64,000 bases of DNA, taken from positions 4,440 to 68,439 of the forward strand of contig JAFEER010000049.1 of assembly GCA_018240985.1 (NCBI GenBank), read 5' to 3'. The notes under the pieces are model-generated. The model had not been told where the DNA came from and did not search any database. It saw nothing but the letters and a program-made list of their open reading frames with translations. Below, in pieces: positions 38,676 through 49,850 of this stretch. A program made the position numbers and the translations under genes. The DNA is from Pseudomonadota bacterium (GTDB taxonomy: Bacteria > Pseudomonadota > Gammaproteobacteria > Burkholderiales > Burkholderiaceae_C). Positions within the stretch are counted from its first letter, which is position 1. Every line of letters starts with the position of its first letter.

Positions 38676-40254
38676 CCCGGATCTTTCGTGAACGCGGCGC
38701 TGCAGCCGCTGCGAAGGCTGCACGGGTGTGAGGACAGTGGCAAGCTGGTCCGATCTGCGGCATTTCGACTGGAGCAGGCAGTTGCGGACGCACGCCCCCC
38801 TTACCCCCGTTGTTGATCAACACGCCGGGGACAGCGCTCGGGCCGCTCTACGGGGCCAGCGCCTGCGCGGCGCTGGCGAAGATCTCGCGCATCGGGTGGC
38901 TTGACGCCAGCATGACGCGCACGCGGCGGGTGTTGCGCACGATGGCCGCGGCGATCTTGAGCAGCTTGACGCGGATGGTGGCCGTGCACGCGTTGGCCAA
39001 CTCGGTGCCACCCAGCGCGTGGCGGCGCAGGTTGATCATCAGCGTGTAGGCCAGCGCAGCGAGCAGCAGGCGCAGCTGGTTGGCCCAGAACCGATGGCAG
39101 CTGGCGCGCCGCCCGAACAGGTCCAACTGCGCCTCCTTGATGCGGTTCTCTGCCTCGCCACGAGCGCAGTAACGCTGCTCGTACAGGCGCCTGTCCTGGC
39201 CGGCCAGGCTGGTGACGATGAAGCGCGGGTTGGCCCCCTGTGGGCCGTGCTCCAGCCGTGCGATCACGCGCCGGGGCCTGTCCCAACTGTCGGCGGCGTA
39301 CTCGAAGCTGCCGTACATGCGCTGCTTGGTGCCGCGGTCCCGATACTGATCGGCCAGCGCCAACTCGGCCAGTTCGCACTGGCGCAGCAACCGAGCGTTC
39401 TTCTGCAGGCCGATCACGTAGTGCACGCCCCAGCCGTCCAGCCGGCGCAGCACGCGCGGTCGGCAGAACCCGCTGTCGCCGCGCACGACGATGCGCACCT
39501 TCGGCCAGGCCAGGCGCAGCACATCGATCAGCCGCTTGAGCAGCGCCGTGACCACGCTGGCCGGGTCGCGGTCGCTGGGGCGCAGCACGCATGCCAGCAG
39601 GTCTTGCCCGCAGAACACGTACAGGGGCAGGTAGCAGTAGTTGTCGTAGTAGCCGTGGAAGAAGCCGCGTTCTTGCTGGCCGTGCAGCGGCACGTGCGTG
39701 GCGTCCACGTCCAGCACCAGCTCGCGCGGAGCAGGGCCAGCACGCCGGCTGGCGATGAACTGATCGAGCAGCACGCCATGCAGTGCCCAGGCCTGCGCGG
39801 GTGTGGCCGCCGTCTCCAGGCGGCTCAGCGTGGGCGCACTGGCCAACGCTTCATCGCGGCCAACGGCTGTCTGCATTGCCAAGTCTGCACGCAGCGCGTT
39901 ATGGTCGCAGACGTCGGACCAGCCCTGGCACAGCCCGTACACGCGCTGTGCCAGCATGCTGGCCAGGCTGTGGCGCACCTTGCCATGCTGGCGCTCATCG
40001 CCCAGTGCGCGAGCGGCCGAGGCGCACAGGCCCAGGCGCTGATCCATGCGCCGCAGCAACAGTACGCCGGCCTCGCTGCTCAGATCGCCGCCCTCGAAGT
40101 CCACCTCGATGACGCGACGGCCCAGTCGTCCAAAGTCCAGCTTCTTCTTCGTACACTTTGGCATCGGCAGTCTCGGTTGGCATAGGGGGTGAGATACCTA
40201 TGGCAACGCGCCTCGGCACGAGGCTGCCGACCCCTTCTTCACGAAAGACCCGGG
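38676..40254 (-). mobile_element. Intact IS1380-family insertion sequence (1579 bp)
   Basis: 17-bp TIRs CCCGG(A/G)TCTTTCGTGAA; CTAG target duplication at 38672-38675 and 40255-40258. Confidence 0.93.
38848..40164 (-). CDS. IS1380-family DDE transposase
   Basis: FEGGDLSSEAG, LDVDAT, HGQQE, FHGYY, VRGDSGF, YCARGEAENRIKE. Confidence 0.95.
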   Translation of the reverse strand: MPKCTKKKLDFGRLGRRVIEVDFEGGDLSSEAGVLLLRRMDQRLGLCASAARALGDERQHGKVRHSLASMLAQRVYGLCQGWSDVCDHNALRADLAMQTAVGRDEALASAPTLSRLETAATPAQAWALHGVLLDQFIASRRAGPAPRELVLDVDATHVPLHGQQERGFFHGYYDNYCYLPLYVFCGQDLLACVLRPSDRDPASVVTALLKRLIDVLRLAWPKVRIVVRGDSGFCRPRVLRRLDGWGVHYVIGLQKNARLLRQCELAELALADQYRDRGTKQRMYGSFEYAADSWDRPRRVIARLEHGPQGANPRFIVTSLAGQDRRLYEQRYCARGEAENRIKEAQLDLFGRRASCHRFWANQLRLLLAALAYTLMINLRRHALGGTELANACTATIRVKLLKIAAAIVRNTRRVRVMLASSHPMREIFASAAQALAP

Positions 40255-40421
40255 CTAGCAGCGATTGCGGTTGAACACAGGATTGGCGCGCGGCTAGGTC
40301 GACGCGATGCATGAGTAAGTCGAGTTGCTCCGAGGCAGCAAAGACCCGCCGAAGTCTGGAAGACCGATCAGGCGACTATGGCACCAGAACAGCAGTCAGC
40401 GATTACCGCTTCGCCCCAGGC

Positions 40422-40492
40422 GTGCCCCTGAAACGAAACAAGAACCCGAAGGTCCTTGTTTTTATTGGCATTTTTTGGGGTGGCTGATGGGA
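40422..40492 (-). repeat. tRNA-His 3'-end copy (distal att of island A) with the tRNA terminator
   Basis: TGGGGTGGCTGATGGGA (40476-40492) is identical to 60467-60483. Confidence 0.92.
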
Positions 40493-40969
40493 AACCACTA
40501 GCCACCACACAAATCCTTTTCAAATCAAGCACTTAGCTTGAGCTGTTACACAGCCGAAGCGAACGTCCAGTGTAGCAAATTGGACCACTTCGCCGGGGAA
40601 ATTCTAATCGAACGAAGCCCGTTCTCCTACTCCCCAGGCAACCGATTCAGCCACTCAAGCACAGCGGTCCACGCCCCCCCCGCATTGATGACCTAGAACT
40701 TAGGCCCTGAGACCTTCGGACCCGACGAGATGGGCATAACCATCACGGGCCAAAGCTCAGACGCTGGCTGCTCCAAGGACCGACTTCAGCGTCGGCTTTT
40801 TGTTCATGCCATCGCTACACGTCCCAAGCAGACCACGCGGGGTGGGCTGCAAAGACAACGCCCCACATCCTGAAAGCTTGGCGGCAGATGGATGTAGGGC
40901 GCGTGGGAGTACCAGTGAGACGTATAGCAACTGACTCAAGCCCTTGGGGCTCCCGTTCGGGAGGCCCAG

Positions 40970-42403
40970 ATGGCACAAAGACAACTCGCGCTCGCGTATG
41001 AGGAGCCATTCGATGTAGCGGTCAATGAACCGCTTCTCTATCACGACGCCGAGCGCTTCGGCTTCACCGCACTTCTGCGTCCTGGCGGTAAACCGCGACA
41101 GCTGTCAGTCCGGCTGAAAGACCTGCCGACCGTTTTGCGGCAGCAGTGTCCAGGAGGCACAGACCTGTACATTGCGCAAAACGAGTTTTTTCGGCCAAAC
41201 CGGCAGGTGGTTAACTGTAGCCGGCTGACGTCTTGCTACGTGGACTTGGACACTTACAAGCTTGACGCGCTTTACGGCAAGCCGGCAGAAGCGCTCACGG
41301 ACAGGCTGCTGCGCCAGTGCGACGACGAACAACTTCCCCCGCCCAGCATCGTTGTGTACTCAGGCCGGGGCCTACAGGCTAAATGGCTACTGGAGCGGCC
41401 AATCCCTCCAAGTGCCTTGCCCCGCTGGCAAGCACTCCAAGCAGAGCTCGGACGGCGATTGCTGCCAATGGGTGCGGACTTGAGAGCGCTCGATGCCTCG
41501 CGCGTGCTGCGTCTCGTCGGCTCCGTCAACAGCAGAAGTGGCGACGTCGTCCGGGTCGTTCATCTCCAGCGACTGCCGACTTTCGGAAGCGCCATCGGAC
41601 CTGAAGGCGTGGCTGTATACCCTTTCGACAGCTTTTTTGATGACGTACTGCCGCTGACCAGGCAAGAGTTGGCGCAGCACCGCGCCGAAATCATTGAGCG
41701 TACGGAGGTTGACAAACGCCTCCGTCCGAAGCCCGCGAAAAGCGACAAGCCCACCAAGCGGCTTCAGCTAGTCGAGCCGGGTCGCCTCTCATCCGCACGG
41801 CGCATCATCCCGTCAGAGTTGGCATGGGCTCGACTAACCGACCTCCGTAAACTGGCCGAGCTGCGTCACGGTGCCGCTGGCCTGCCTAGCGGCCAGCGGA
41901 ATTTGTTCGTGTTCCTCGGTGCTTGTTTCCTCTCATCGGCGCTGGTCACACCCCGATTCCGTGCCGAGGTACGAGAACTCGCCAATGAATTCGCGCCGAG
42001 CTGGTCGCCACAAGAGATGATGTCCTGCATCTCCTCCATCCAGCGACGTCTAGAAGCGTCATCCAGGGGAGAGACCGTCGAATTCCAAGGACAGCCGGTC
42101 GACCCCCGATACCGATTCAAGAACAGCACGCTCGTTGACTGGCTCGGCATCACTTCCTCCGAGATGCCGCACATGAAGGCCATCCTTTCGGCCGACGAAG
42201 CTCGAGAGCGCGACCGAGCACGAAAGGAGGCAGAACGGAGGGCTAGGGGCAGTCTCTGCCGCACGGCCTACCTGCAGGCTAGTATCGACAAGGCGCAGGC
42301 GGCGCAAGCGCTTAAAGCGGAGGGGCGCAGCCTGGCGGAGATTGCCAAGGCCCTCGGCATCAGCCGTACCAGCGTTAGTAGGTACTGCAAGCGTGCAGGA
42401 TGA
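40970..42403 (+). CDS. Replication protein with an AEP/RepB-primase-like domain and a C-terminal HTH
   Basis: YIAQNEF, CYVDLD, SGRGLQAKW, DASRVLRLVGSVN; C-terminal GRSLAEIAKALGISRTSVSRY. Confidence 0.8.
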   Translation: MAQRQLALAYEEPFDVAVNEPLLYHDAERFGFTALLRPGGKPRQLSVRLKDLPTVLRQQCPGGTDLYIAQNEFFRPNRQVVNCSRLTSCYVDLDTYKLDALYGKPAEALTDRLLRQCDDEQLPPPSIVVYSGRGLQAKWLLERPIPPSALPRWQALQAELGRRLLPMGADLRALDASRVLRLVGSVNSRSGDVVRVVHLQRLPTFGSAIGPEGVAVYPFDSFFDDVLPLTRQELAQHRAEIIERTEVDKRLRPKPAKSDKPTKRLQLVEPGRLSSARRIIPSELAWARLTDLRKLAELRHGAAGLPSGQRNLFVFLGACFLSSALVTPRFRAEVRELANEFAPSWSPQEMMSCISSIQRRLEASSRGETVEFQGQPVDPRYRFKNSTLVDWLGITSSEMPHMKAILSADEARERDRARKEAERRARGSLCRTAYLQASIDKAQAAQALKAEGRSLAEIAKALGISRTSVSRYCKRAG

Positions 42404-42591
42404 GTCGCAAGTGTTCCAAGTCCGTCCGTACATATGCGCGGGGTGGCGAAGCCTGACAGGGAGAGACTCTGTCCGGGCCAGCGCCCTCCCCAACCCCAAA
42501 CCAAAATTTGGTGCTCCTCCCCTGGGCCCAGGCTGCTTCACCACGGAACGACGTGGTGCCGCGTTGCGTTTGGAGCGTTATCGGTTAGGCT

Positions 42592-42615
42592 TTGCAAAAC
42601 GCTAGCGGTTTGCAA
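42592..42615. promoter_or_regulatory. Palindromic operator abutting the RBS of the RHH gene
   Basis: TTGCAAAACGCTAGCGGTTTGCAA is 22/24 self-complementary and is followed by GGAG and the ATG at 42627. Confidence 0.65.
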
Positions 42616-42626
42616 GGAGAACCACC

Positions 42627-42824
42627 ATGACTATCACCAAGACCGAAGTCATCAGTGTTCGTGTGCCGCCGGATATCAAGGCAGCCTTGGCGTCGGCCGC
42701 CGAGGCCGAGCGACGAAGCCTGGCCTCGATGCTCGAAGTGATGGTGCTTGAGTACTGCCGCGCCCATGGGCATGCGCCGTCGCCGGCCGCCTCGGTGGGC
42801 AAAAACAAGATTGGCCAGCGCTGA
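42627..42824 (+). CDS. Ribbon-helix-helix (Arc/CopG-like) regulator
   Basis: EVISVRVPPDIKAALASAAEAERRSLASMLEVMV. Confidence 0.8.
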   Translation: MTITKTEVISVRVPPDIKAALASAAEAERRSLASMLEVMVLEYCRAHGHAPSPAASVGKNKIGQR

Positions 42825-42851
42825 CCGCGCAGGCAAGGGATAGGGAGAACG

Positions 42852-44423
42852 ATGAACCAAGACCTGAAGAAGACCCTCTGGGCCGCCGCTGACAAGCTGC
42901 GCTCCAGCATGGACGCGGCCGAGTACAAGCACATCGTCCTGGGCCTGATTTTTTTGAAGTACATCAGCGACGCGTTCGACGAGCGCCGCGCTGAGCTCGA
43001 AGCCGCGTTTGCGAACGCGTCGCACGACCTCTACCTGCCGGACGCTGAAGACCGCGCCCTGGCCACTGAGGAGCGCGACTACTACACGATGGTCAACTGC
43101 TTCTGGGTTCCAGGGCCCGCACGCTGGGAGACCATCCGCGCCAACGCCAAGCAGGCCGATATCGGCACCCGCATCGACGGAGCGCTTGATGCCATCGAGG
43201 CCGACAACCCGCGCCTGAAGGGCATCCTCGACAAGCGCTTTGGCCGCGCCCAGCTCGAGCCCGGGAAGCTAGGCGAACTCATCGACCTCATCTCCACCAT
43301 CGGCTTCACGTCGAGCGAGGGCCACCACGCCAAGGACCTGCTCGGCGAGGTGTACGAGTACTTCCTCGGACAGTTCGCCAACGCCGAAGGCAAAAAGGGC
43401 GGTCAGTTCTACACGCCTGCCAGCGTCGTGAAGGTGCTGGTGGAGGTGCTGGCTCCGCACAAGGGCAAGGTGTACGACCCCTGCTGCGGCTCGGGTGGCA
43501 TGTTCGTGCAGAGCGAGAAGTTCATCGAAAGCCACGGGGGCAAGTTCGGCGACATCTCCATCTACGGGCAGGAGGCCAACCCAACCACGTGGCGCCTGGT
43601 GGCCATGAACCTGGCCATCCGGGGCATGGACTTCAACCTCGGCAAGGAGCCGGCCGACACCTTCCACCGCGACCAGCACCCGGACCTAAAGGCCGACTAC
43701 GTGCTGGCCAACCCACCGTTCAACATCAGCGACTGGGGCGGCGACCGACTGCTGGACGACAAGCGCTGGGTGCATGGCACGCCGCCTGTGGGCAACGCGA
43801 ACTACGCCTGGCTGCAGCACATCCTGCACCACCTGGGGCCGCGCGGGCAGGCAGGCGTGGTGCTGGCCAACGGCAGCATGTCGTCCAACCAGAACAGCGA
43901 GGGTGAGATTCGCCGCGCAATGGTCGAGGCGGACGTGGTCGAAGTGATGGTCGCCCTGCCGCCGCAGCTTTTTTTCAACACGCAGATTCCGGCTTGCCTC
44001 TGGTTCCTGGCCAAGGACAAGAGCAAGGGTGGGCGCGACCGGCGCGGTGAAGTGCTGTTCATCGACGCCCGCAAGCTCGGGCGCATGGATACGCGCGTGA
44101 CCCGGGTGTTCGATGATGAAGACGTCCAGCGCATTGCCACCACCGTGCACCGTTGGCGCCAGAGCGGTGAAGCTGGCTCAGACGAGCCGTATGCGGACGT
44201 GCCCGGCTTCTGCCGTGCCGTGAAGCTAGCCGAGATTGCCGAGCACGGTCATGTGCTGACGCCGGGCCGCTACGTGGGTGCCGAGGCCACGGACGATGAC
44301 GACGAGGCTTTCGGCGAAAAGATGGAGCGCTTGGCGGCGCAGCTGGCGGAGCAGATGGCCAAGGGTGTCGAGCTGGATGCGGTGATTCGGGAGAAGCTGG
44401 GGGGCCTGGGGTATGCAGTCTGA
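42852..44423 (+). CDS. hsdM: Type I R-M methyltransferase subunit
   Basis: [27 protein letters not shown]. Confidence 0.97.
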   Translation: MNQDLKKTLWAAADKLRSSMDAAEYKHIVLGLIFLKYISDAFDERRAELEAAFANASHDLYLPDAEDRALATEERDYYTMVNCFWVPGPARWETIRANAKQADIGTRIDGALDAIEADNPRLKGILDKRFGRAQLEPGKLGELIDLISTIGFTSSEGHHAKDLLGEVYEYFLGQFANAEGKKGGQFYTPASVVKVLVEVLAPHKGKVYDPCCGSGGMFVQSEKFIESHGGKFGDISIYGQEANPTTWRLVAMNLAIRGMDFNLGKEPADTFHRDQHPDLKADYVLANPPFNISDWGGDRLLDDKRWVHGTPPVGNANYAWLQHILHHLGPRGQAGVVLANGSMSSNQNSEGEIRRAMVEADVVEVMVALPPQLFFNTQIPACLWFLAKDKSKGGRDRRGEVLFIDARKLGRMDTRVTRVFDDEDVQRIATTVHRWRQSGEAGSDEPYADVPGFCRAVKLAEIAEHGHVLTPGRYVGAEATDDDDEAFGEKMERLAAQLAEQMAKGVELDAVIREKLGGLGYAV

Positions 44424-45723
44424 GCTTAGGCCGCTTGGGGACTTCGTCACCCTGCTTTCTGGCAGCACACCCTCGAAGGCGAACTCAGCATATTGGGGAG
44501 GCACAACCCCTTGGGTTTCTGCCAAAGACATGGGCGACTTCTGGATTGAAGACGCCGAAGACCACCTGACAGATGCTGGTGTCGCAGCCGCCTCACGCTT
44601 GGTTCCACCCGGGACAGTTCTACTGCTGGCTAGGGGCATGACTCTGCACAAGCGAGTTCCGATATGTCGGGTGATGCGGCCGTCGGCCTTCAATCAAGAT
44701 GTGAAGGCCGTTCTCCCCAAAGGTGACTTGCACTCTCGCTTCCTACCCTACCTTTTGGTAGGAAACCATGACAGGTTGCACGAGCGCGTCGACTCGGCGG
44801 GACATGGCACCGGCCGACTGAACACCGATGCCATCCTGTCCTTGCCCGTGCTTGTACCGCCAGGGACTGTGCAGGAATCAATCGCGGAGCTCGGGGAAGC
44901 AATCGACGGGCGCTTACGACTCCTGCGCCAATCTAACGCCACCCTCGAATCCATCGCCCAAGCCCTGTTCCAGAGTTGGTTCATCGACTTCGACCCGGTG
45001 CGCGCCAAGGGCGAAGGCCGCGAGCCCGAGGGCATGGATGCGGCCACGGCTGAGCTGTTTCCTGCGGAGTTCGCGGATTCGGAACTAGGGCCCGTGCCGA
45101 AGGGCTGGACGGTTCAACCCATCGGCGACTTGGTCGAGACCGTTGGCGGCTCAACACCGGACACAAAAAACGCGGCCTTCTGGGAACCCGCTGTCCACAA
45201 CTGGACCTCGCCGAAGGACCTCTCCGGCGCGACGGCCCCCGTGTTGCTGGATACCGAGCGAAAGGTGAGCGACGCCGGCCTGGCCAAGATTTCTTCGGGG
45301 CAGCTACCGGTCGGCACCCTGCTCATGTCGTCGCGCGCACCAATTGGCTACTTCAGCCTTTCGCAGGTTCCAGTCGCCATCAACCAGGGCTACATCGCGA
45401 TGCCGCCCGGCGGCCGCCTGCCGCCGGTATACCTGTACTTCTGGTGCCAACTGAACATGGACACCATCAAGGGCCGTGCGAACGGCTCGACGTTCATGGA
45501 AATCAGCAAGAAGGCGTTCCGGCCGATTCCGGCCCTCTTGCCATCGGCAGAGGTGGTCAGCAGGTTCCATGACTTCGCAACAGCGGTGTTCAGCCGTGTG
45601 ACTGCGAATGAGCGGCAGGCTCGGGCGTTGGCCGACCTTCGGGACACCTTGCTGCCCCGACTCATCTCCGGGAAGCTTCGCCTGCCGGATGCACAGGAAG
45701 CAGCCGATGCGGTGGCCGCGTAG
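44413..45723 (+). CDS. hsdS: Type I R-M specificity subunit
   Basis: Two TRDs, [13 protein letters not shown] spacer, [14 protein letters not shown] end. Confidence 0.95.
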   Translation: MQSELRPLGDFVTLLSGSTPSKANSAYWGGTTPWVSAKDMGDFWIEDAEDHLTDAGVAAASRLVPPGTVLLLARGMTLHKRVPICRVMRPSAFNQDVKAVLPKGDLHSRFLPYLLVGNHDRLHERVDSAGHGTGRLNTDAILSLPVLVPPGTVQESIAELGEAIDGRLRLLRQSNATLESIAQALFQSWFIDFDPVRAKGEGREPEGMDAATAELFPAEFADSELGPVPKGWTVQPIGDLVETVGGSTPDTKNAAFWEPAVHNWTSPKDLSGATAPVLLDTERKVSDAGLAKISSGQLPVGTLLMSSRAPIGYFSLSQVPVAINQGYIAMPPGGRLPPVYLYFWCQLNMDTIKGRANGSTFMEISKKAFRPIPALLPSAEVVSRFHDFATAVFSRVTANERQARALADLRDTLLPRLISGKLRLPDAQEAADAVAA

Positions 45724-45738
45724 GGGACGCACGACATC

Positions 45739-46602
45739 ATGAAAGTCTCCGAGTACTCCATCGATTTCTTGGGCAAATTGATTGCCGGCGACCTCGACGG
45801 CGCACCGTACCGGAGTGGTTCTCAACTGGTGAAGTTCTTCAACCAATTCGGAGCGCGGGACGTCTATCCCAGCGGCGGTGGCTTTCCCACACGACGCATT
45901 TATGCCCAGGACAAGCTCCGCGAGCTGAACGGGCACGATGGGCTGAAGCGCGCGGTTCTCGAAGCGCTTGACCCCAGGGCTTATCTGAAGGCGGGCATGC
46001 CGGCTGATGCCATGGTCGCCAAGGTGAACGAGCAGCTGAAGTACGACTGCTACGAGGTCGTACAGGACGGACTGGCCTTCAAGATTCGGGAGCTGGGCGT
46101 TGCCAGCGTCAAGCTCACCGCACCCGCCGTCGTGTCGCATGAGCTGACCCAGTTGGCCATCGACGAGAACACTCGAAAGTGCGAGGAAAAGCTGGCCGCA
46201 GGCGACTACACAGGAGCCATTACCAACGCGCGCTCCCTGGTGGAGAGCGTACTGGTCGGCATCGCGAAGGACCTCGACTCGTCCGCACCTGAGTACGACG
46301 GCAACCTTCAGGCGCTCTACAAGCGTGTGCAGAAGCAACTGAACCTGGAGCCGGACCGAAAGGACATATCGGACTCCCTCCGGCAAATTCTTTCCGGTCT
46401 TGTCAGTGTTGTTGGAGGTCTGGCCAGTATCAGAAACAAGATGGGTGACGCGCATGCGCTGTCGTATCGCCCGAGCCGGCACCACGCCAAGCTGGCTGTT
46501 TATACGGCCGTGACGCTGGCCGACTTCTTGTTTGAGACCAAGAACTACCAACAGAGGCGCATAGCTAAGGGCACGTCAGCGGCCCAGGGGGACTCTGCAT
46601 GA
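45739..46602 (+). CDS. Abortive-infection family protein (Abi_C/HEPN-like C-terminus)
   Basis: [18 protein letters not shown] and RNKMGDAH (R-X6-H); lies between hsdS and hsdR. Confidence 0.8.
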   Translation: MKVSEYSIDFLGKLIAGDLDGAPYRSGSQLVKFFNQFGARDVYPSGGGFPTRRIYAQDKLRELNGHDGLKRAVLEALDPRAYLKAGMPADAMVAKVNEQLKYDCYEVVQDGLAFKIRELGVASVKLTAPAVVSHELTQLAIDENTRKCEEKLAAGDYTGAITNARSLVESVLVGIAKDLDSSAPEYDGNLQALYKRVQKQLNLEPDRKDISDSLRQILSGLVSVVGGLASIRNKMGDAHALSYRPSRHHAKLAVYTAVTLADFLFETKNYQQRRIAKGTSAAQGDSA

Positions 46603-49600
46603 AGGGTGTGACTGAAGACCAGGTCGAACAAGCCACGCTCGAATGGCTGGCGGCGCTGGGCTGGGAGGTCGGTCATGGGCCGGATGTGTCGCCGCCCGAT
46701 ACCAAGACGCCGGGCACCGAGCGGGACACCTACCGCGAGGTGGCGCTGCGGCACCGCCTGCACGACGCCATCCGTCGCCTGAATCCGCACATCCCGGCCG
46801 GCGCGCAGGACGAAGCCTGCCGCATGGTGCTGAACCCCAATATCCCTGGCCAAGTACAGGCCAACCGCCAGATGCACCGCTGGCTGGTGGAGGGAGTGCC
46901 CGTCCAGTACCAGAAGGACGGCGAGACCCGCGGCGACCGGGTCAAGCTGGTGGACTGGACCGACACTGCGCGCAACGACTGGCTAGCGCTCAACCAGTTC
47001 AGTATCCAGGGGCCGAAGCTGACCCGGCGGCCGGACGTCGTGCTGTTTTTGAACGGCCTGCCCATGGTGGTGGTCGAGCTCAAGAACCCCGGCGACGAGA
47101 ACGCCGACCTGTGGGCGGCGTTCAACCAACTGCAGGCCTACAAAGAAGACATTCCGGACCTGTTCCAGAGCAACGCCCTGCTGGTCATCAGCGACGGCAT
47201 CGAGGCGCGCGTGGGCTCGCTGACGGCCGACCAGGAACGCTTCATGGCCTGGCGCACCATCGACGGGGTGACCGTGGACCCGCTGGGCGCCATGAAGGAG
47301 CTGGAAACGCTGGTGCACGGCCTGTTCCAGCGCGACCTGTTGCTGGACTACCTGCGCCACTTCATCCTGTTTGAGGACGAAGGCACGCTGGTCAAAAAAG
47401 TGGCGGGCTACCACCAGTTCCATGCCGTGCGGGCGGTGGTCGAGAGCGTGCTCGAGGCGTCCAACCCGAAGGCCGATGCATCCCGTCGCGGCAAGGGCGG
47501 TGTGGTGTGGCACACCCAGGGCGCGGGCAAGAGCATCGAGATGACCTGCCTGGGCGGCAAGCTGATGCAGCACCCTCTGATGGGCAATCCGACCCTGGTG
47601 ATGGTGACCGACCGCAACGACTTGGACAACCAGTTGTTTGGTGTCTTCGCCGGCGCGGCCGAGTTACTGCGCGAGACCCCGGTGCAGGCCGACACGCGGC
47701 CCAAGCTGCGCGAGCTGCTGGCCAACCGGCCGTCGGGCGGAATTATCTTTACAACCATCCAGAAATTCACGCCGGGTGAGGACGAGGACAGCTTCCCCGT
47801 GCTCTCCGACCGGCACAACATCGTCGTCATCTGCGACGAGGCCCACCGCAGCCAGTACGGATTTCAGGCCAGCATGCCCAAGCTGCAGAAGCAGCTGAAG
47901 GACGCCCGCAAAGCCTCGGCTGCGAACGAGCCGATGGCTCTGCAGGCGGCGGAACCAACCGCCGACTACGGCGGACTGCGCAACGTGCGCTATGGCTATG
48001 CCCAGCATCTGCGCGACGGTCTGCCGAATGCCACCTTCGTGGCCTTCACCGGCACACCCGTGAGCCTGGAGGACCGGGACACCCGGGCTGTGTTCGGCGA
48101 CTACGTCCACATCTACGACGTCGAGCAGGCGGTCAAGGACGGCGCCACGGTGCCCATTTACTACGAGAGCCGCTTGGCCCGTCTGGAGCTGCAGGAGGCC
48201 GACGCGCCGCTGCTCGACGACGAGGTGGAGGAGTTGGCGGAGGACGAAGAGGACGACACCGCCAAGGCGGCGCAGCTGCGCCGCTGGGCCGCGCTGGAAA
48301 AACTGGTGGGCGCACCGCCGCGCATCCAGAAGGTAGCGGCCGACTTGGTCGAGCACTTCGAGAACCGCCTGGCCAGCCTGGACGGCAAGGCCATGGTGGT
48401 GGCCATGAGCCGCGAAATCTGCGTGCACCTGTACGACGCCATCGTCGCCCTGCGCCCGAGCTGGCACGACCCGGACCCCGAGAAGGGAGCCATCAAGGTC
48501 ATCATGACCGGCTCGGCCTCGGACAAAGCACTGCTCAAGCCCCACATCTACAGCAAGGACGTCAAGAAGCGCCTGGAGCGCCGGTACAAGGACCCGGCTG
48601 ACCCCTTCAAGCTCGTAATCGTCCGCGACATGTGGCTCACGGGCTTCGACGCCCCTTGCATGCACACGATGTATGTCGACAAGCCAATGAAGGGCCACAA
48701 CCTGATGCAGGCGATTGCGAGAGTGAATCGTGTGTTCAAGGACAAGCCCGGCGGCCTAGTGGTGGACTACATCGGCATCGCCAATGAGTTGAAGGCCGCG
48801 CTTAAGGACTACACGCAGGCCAAGGGCAAAGGCAAGCCGACCATCGCGGCAGAAGACGCCCTGTCCGTGCTGCTGGAAAAGATGGACGTGCTGCACGACA
48901 TGCTGCACGGCTTCGACTACACCGAGTTCCGCACCAAGGCCTGGCAGCTGCTGCCTGGCGTGGCCAACCATGTGCTGGGCCTGGAGGACGGCAAGAGGCG
49001 CTTTGCCGACACCGTGCTGGCGGCTAGCAAGGCGTTCGCGCTGTGCTGCACGCTGGACGAGGCCCTGGCGCACCGGGACAAGCTCGCCTTCCTGCAGGCG
49101 GTGAAGGCCGCACTCACCAAATTTGGAACCTCGGGCAAGAAGCTCAGCGACGAGCAGAAGGAGCACGCGCTCCGGCAAATCATCAGCAAAGCGGTGGTCA
49201 GCGCCGAGGTCGTCGATATCTTCAAGGCGGCCGGCCTGAATCGCCCCGACATTGGCATCTTGTCAGAGGAGTTCCTCGAGGACGTGCGTCACATGAAGGA
49301 GCGCAACCTGGCGGTGGAACTGCTGGAGCGGCTGCTGAAGGACGACATTCGCTCGCGCTTCAAGACCAACGTGGTGCAGCAGGCCAAGTTCTCCGAGTTG
49401 CTTCAGCAGAGCTTGCAGCGCTACCGGAATCGGGCCATCGAGACGGCACAGGTCATCGAAGAGCTCATCGAGATGGCCAAAAAGTTCCACGCCGCCGCCC
49501 ATCGCGGCGAGCAATTGGGGCTCAACGGCGACGAGATGGCCTTCTACGACGCACTGGCAACCAACGAGGCGGCCGTGCGCGACCTGGGCGACGAGACGCT

Positions 49601-49808
49601 GAAGGCTATTGCGGTCGAACTGACGCAGAAACTGCGGGCGTCAGTCACTGTGGACTGGTCCGTGCGCGAGACGGTTCGGGCGAAGTTGCGGGTGATGGTG
49701 AAGACGCTGCTGCGCCGCTACAAGTACCCACCGGACCGGCAGGAGGAAGCGACAGAGACCGTGTTGAGACAGGCGGAGTCGCTGTCGGCGGAATGGGTCG
49801 CTTCATGA
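46599..49808 (+). CDS. hsdR: Type I R-M restriction subunit
   Basis: [55 protein letters not shown]. Confidence 0.97.
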   Translation: MKGVTEDQVEQATLEWLAALGWEVGHGPDVSPPDTKTPGTERDTYREVALRHRLHDAIRRLNPHIPAGAQDEACRMVLNPNIPGQVQANRQMHRWLVEGVPVQYQKDGETRGDRVKLVDWTDTARNDWLALNQFSIQGPKLTRRPDVVLFLNGLPMVVVELKNPGDENADLWAAFNQLQAYKEDIPDLFQSNALLVISDGIEARVGSLTADQERFMAWRTIDGVTVDPLGAMKELETLVHGLFQRDLLLDYLRHFILFEDEGTLVKKVAGYHQFHAVRAVVESVLEASNPKADASRRGKGGVVWHTQGAGKSIEMTCLGGKLMQHPLMGNPTLVMVTDRNDLDNQLFGVFAGAAELLRETPVQADTRPKLRELLANRPSGGIIFTTIQKFTPGEDEDSFPVLSDRHNIVVICDEAHRSQYGFQASMPKLQKQLKDARKASAANEPMALQAAEPTADYGGLRNVRYGYAQHLRDGLPNATFVAFTGTPVSLEDRDTRAVFGDYVHIYDVEQAVKDGATVPIYYESRLARLELQEADAPLLDDEVEELAEDEEDDTAKAAQLRRWAALEKLVGAPPRIQKVAADLVEHFENRLASLDGKAMVVAMSREICVHLYDAIVALRPSWHDPDPEKGAIKVIMTGSASDKALLKPHIYSKDVKKRLERRYKDPADPFKLVIVRDMWLTGFDAPCMHTMYVDKPMKGHNLMQAIARVNRVFKDKPGGLVVDYIGIANELKAALKDYTQAKGKGKPTIAAEDALSVLLEKMDVLHDMLHGFDYTEFRTKAWQLLPGVANHVLGLEDGKRRFADTVLAASKAFALCCTLDEALAHRDKLAFLQAVKAALTKFGTSGKKLSDEQKEHALRQIISKAVVSAEVVDIFKAAGLNRPDIGILSEEFLEDVRHMKERNLAVELLERLLKDDIRSRFKTNVVQQAKFSELLQQSLQRYRNRAIETAQVIEELIEMAKKFHAAAHRGEQLGLNGDEMAFYDALATNEAAVRDLGDETLKAIAVELTQKLRASVTVDWSVRETVRAKLRVMVKTLLRRYKYPPDRQEEATETVLRQAESLSAEWVAS

Positions 49809-49850
49809 CGTTGAGCTTGCGACGCTCGGCTGGGCGAATTTCAGGGAGGG

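Larger units (their letters stand above)
23687..40492. mobile_element. Island B: integrase-less defence island between two tRNA-His att copies (~16.8 kb)
   Basis: Bounded by att copies; no recombinase ORF inside; decayed ICE-type genes. Confidence 0.75.

Noticed and set aside
39019-40185. 388-aa plus-strand ORF and other overlapping ORFs in the IS
   Set aside because: Antisense to the IS1380 transposase.
45304-46551. 415-aa minus-strand ORF (likewise 6798-7808 and 47664-48698)
   Set aside because: Antisense shadows of motif-supported genes.
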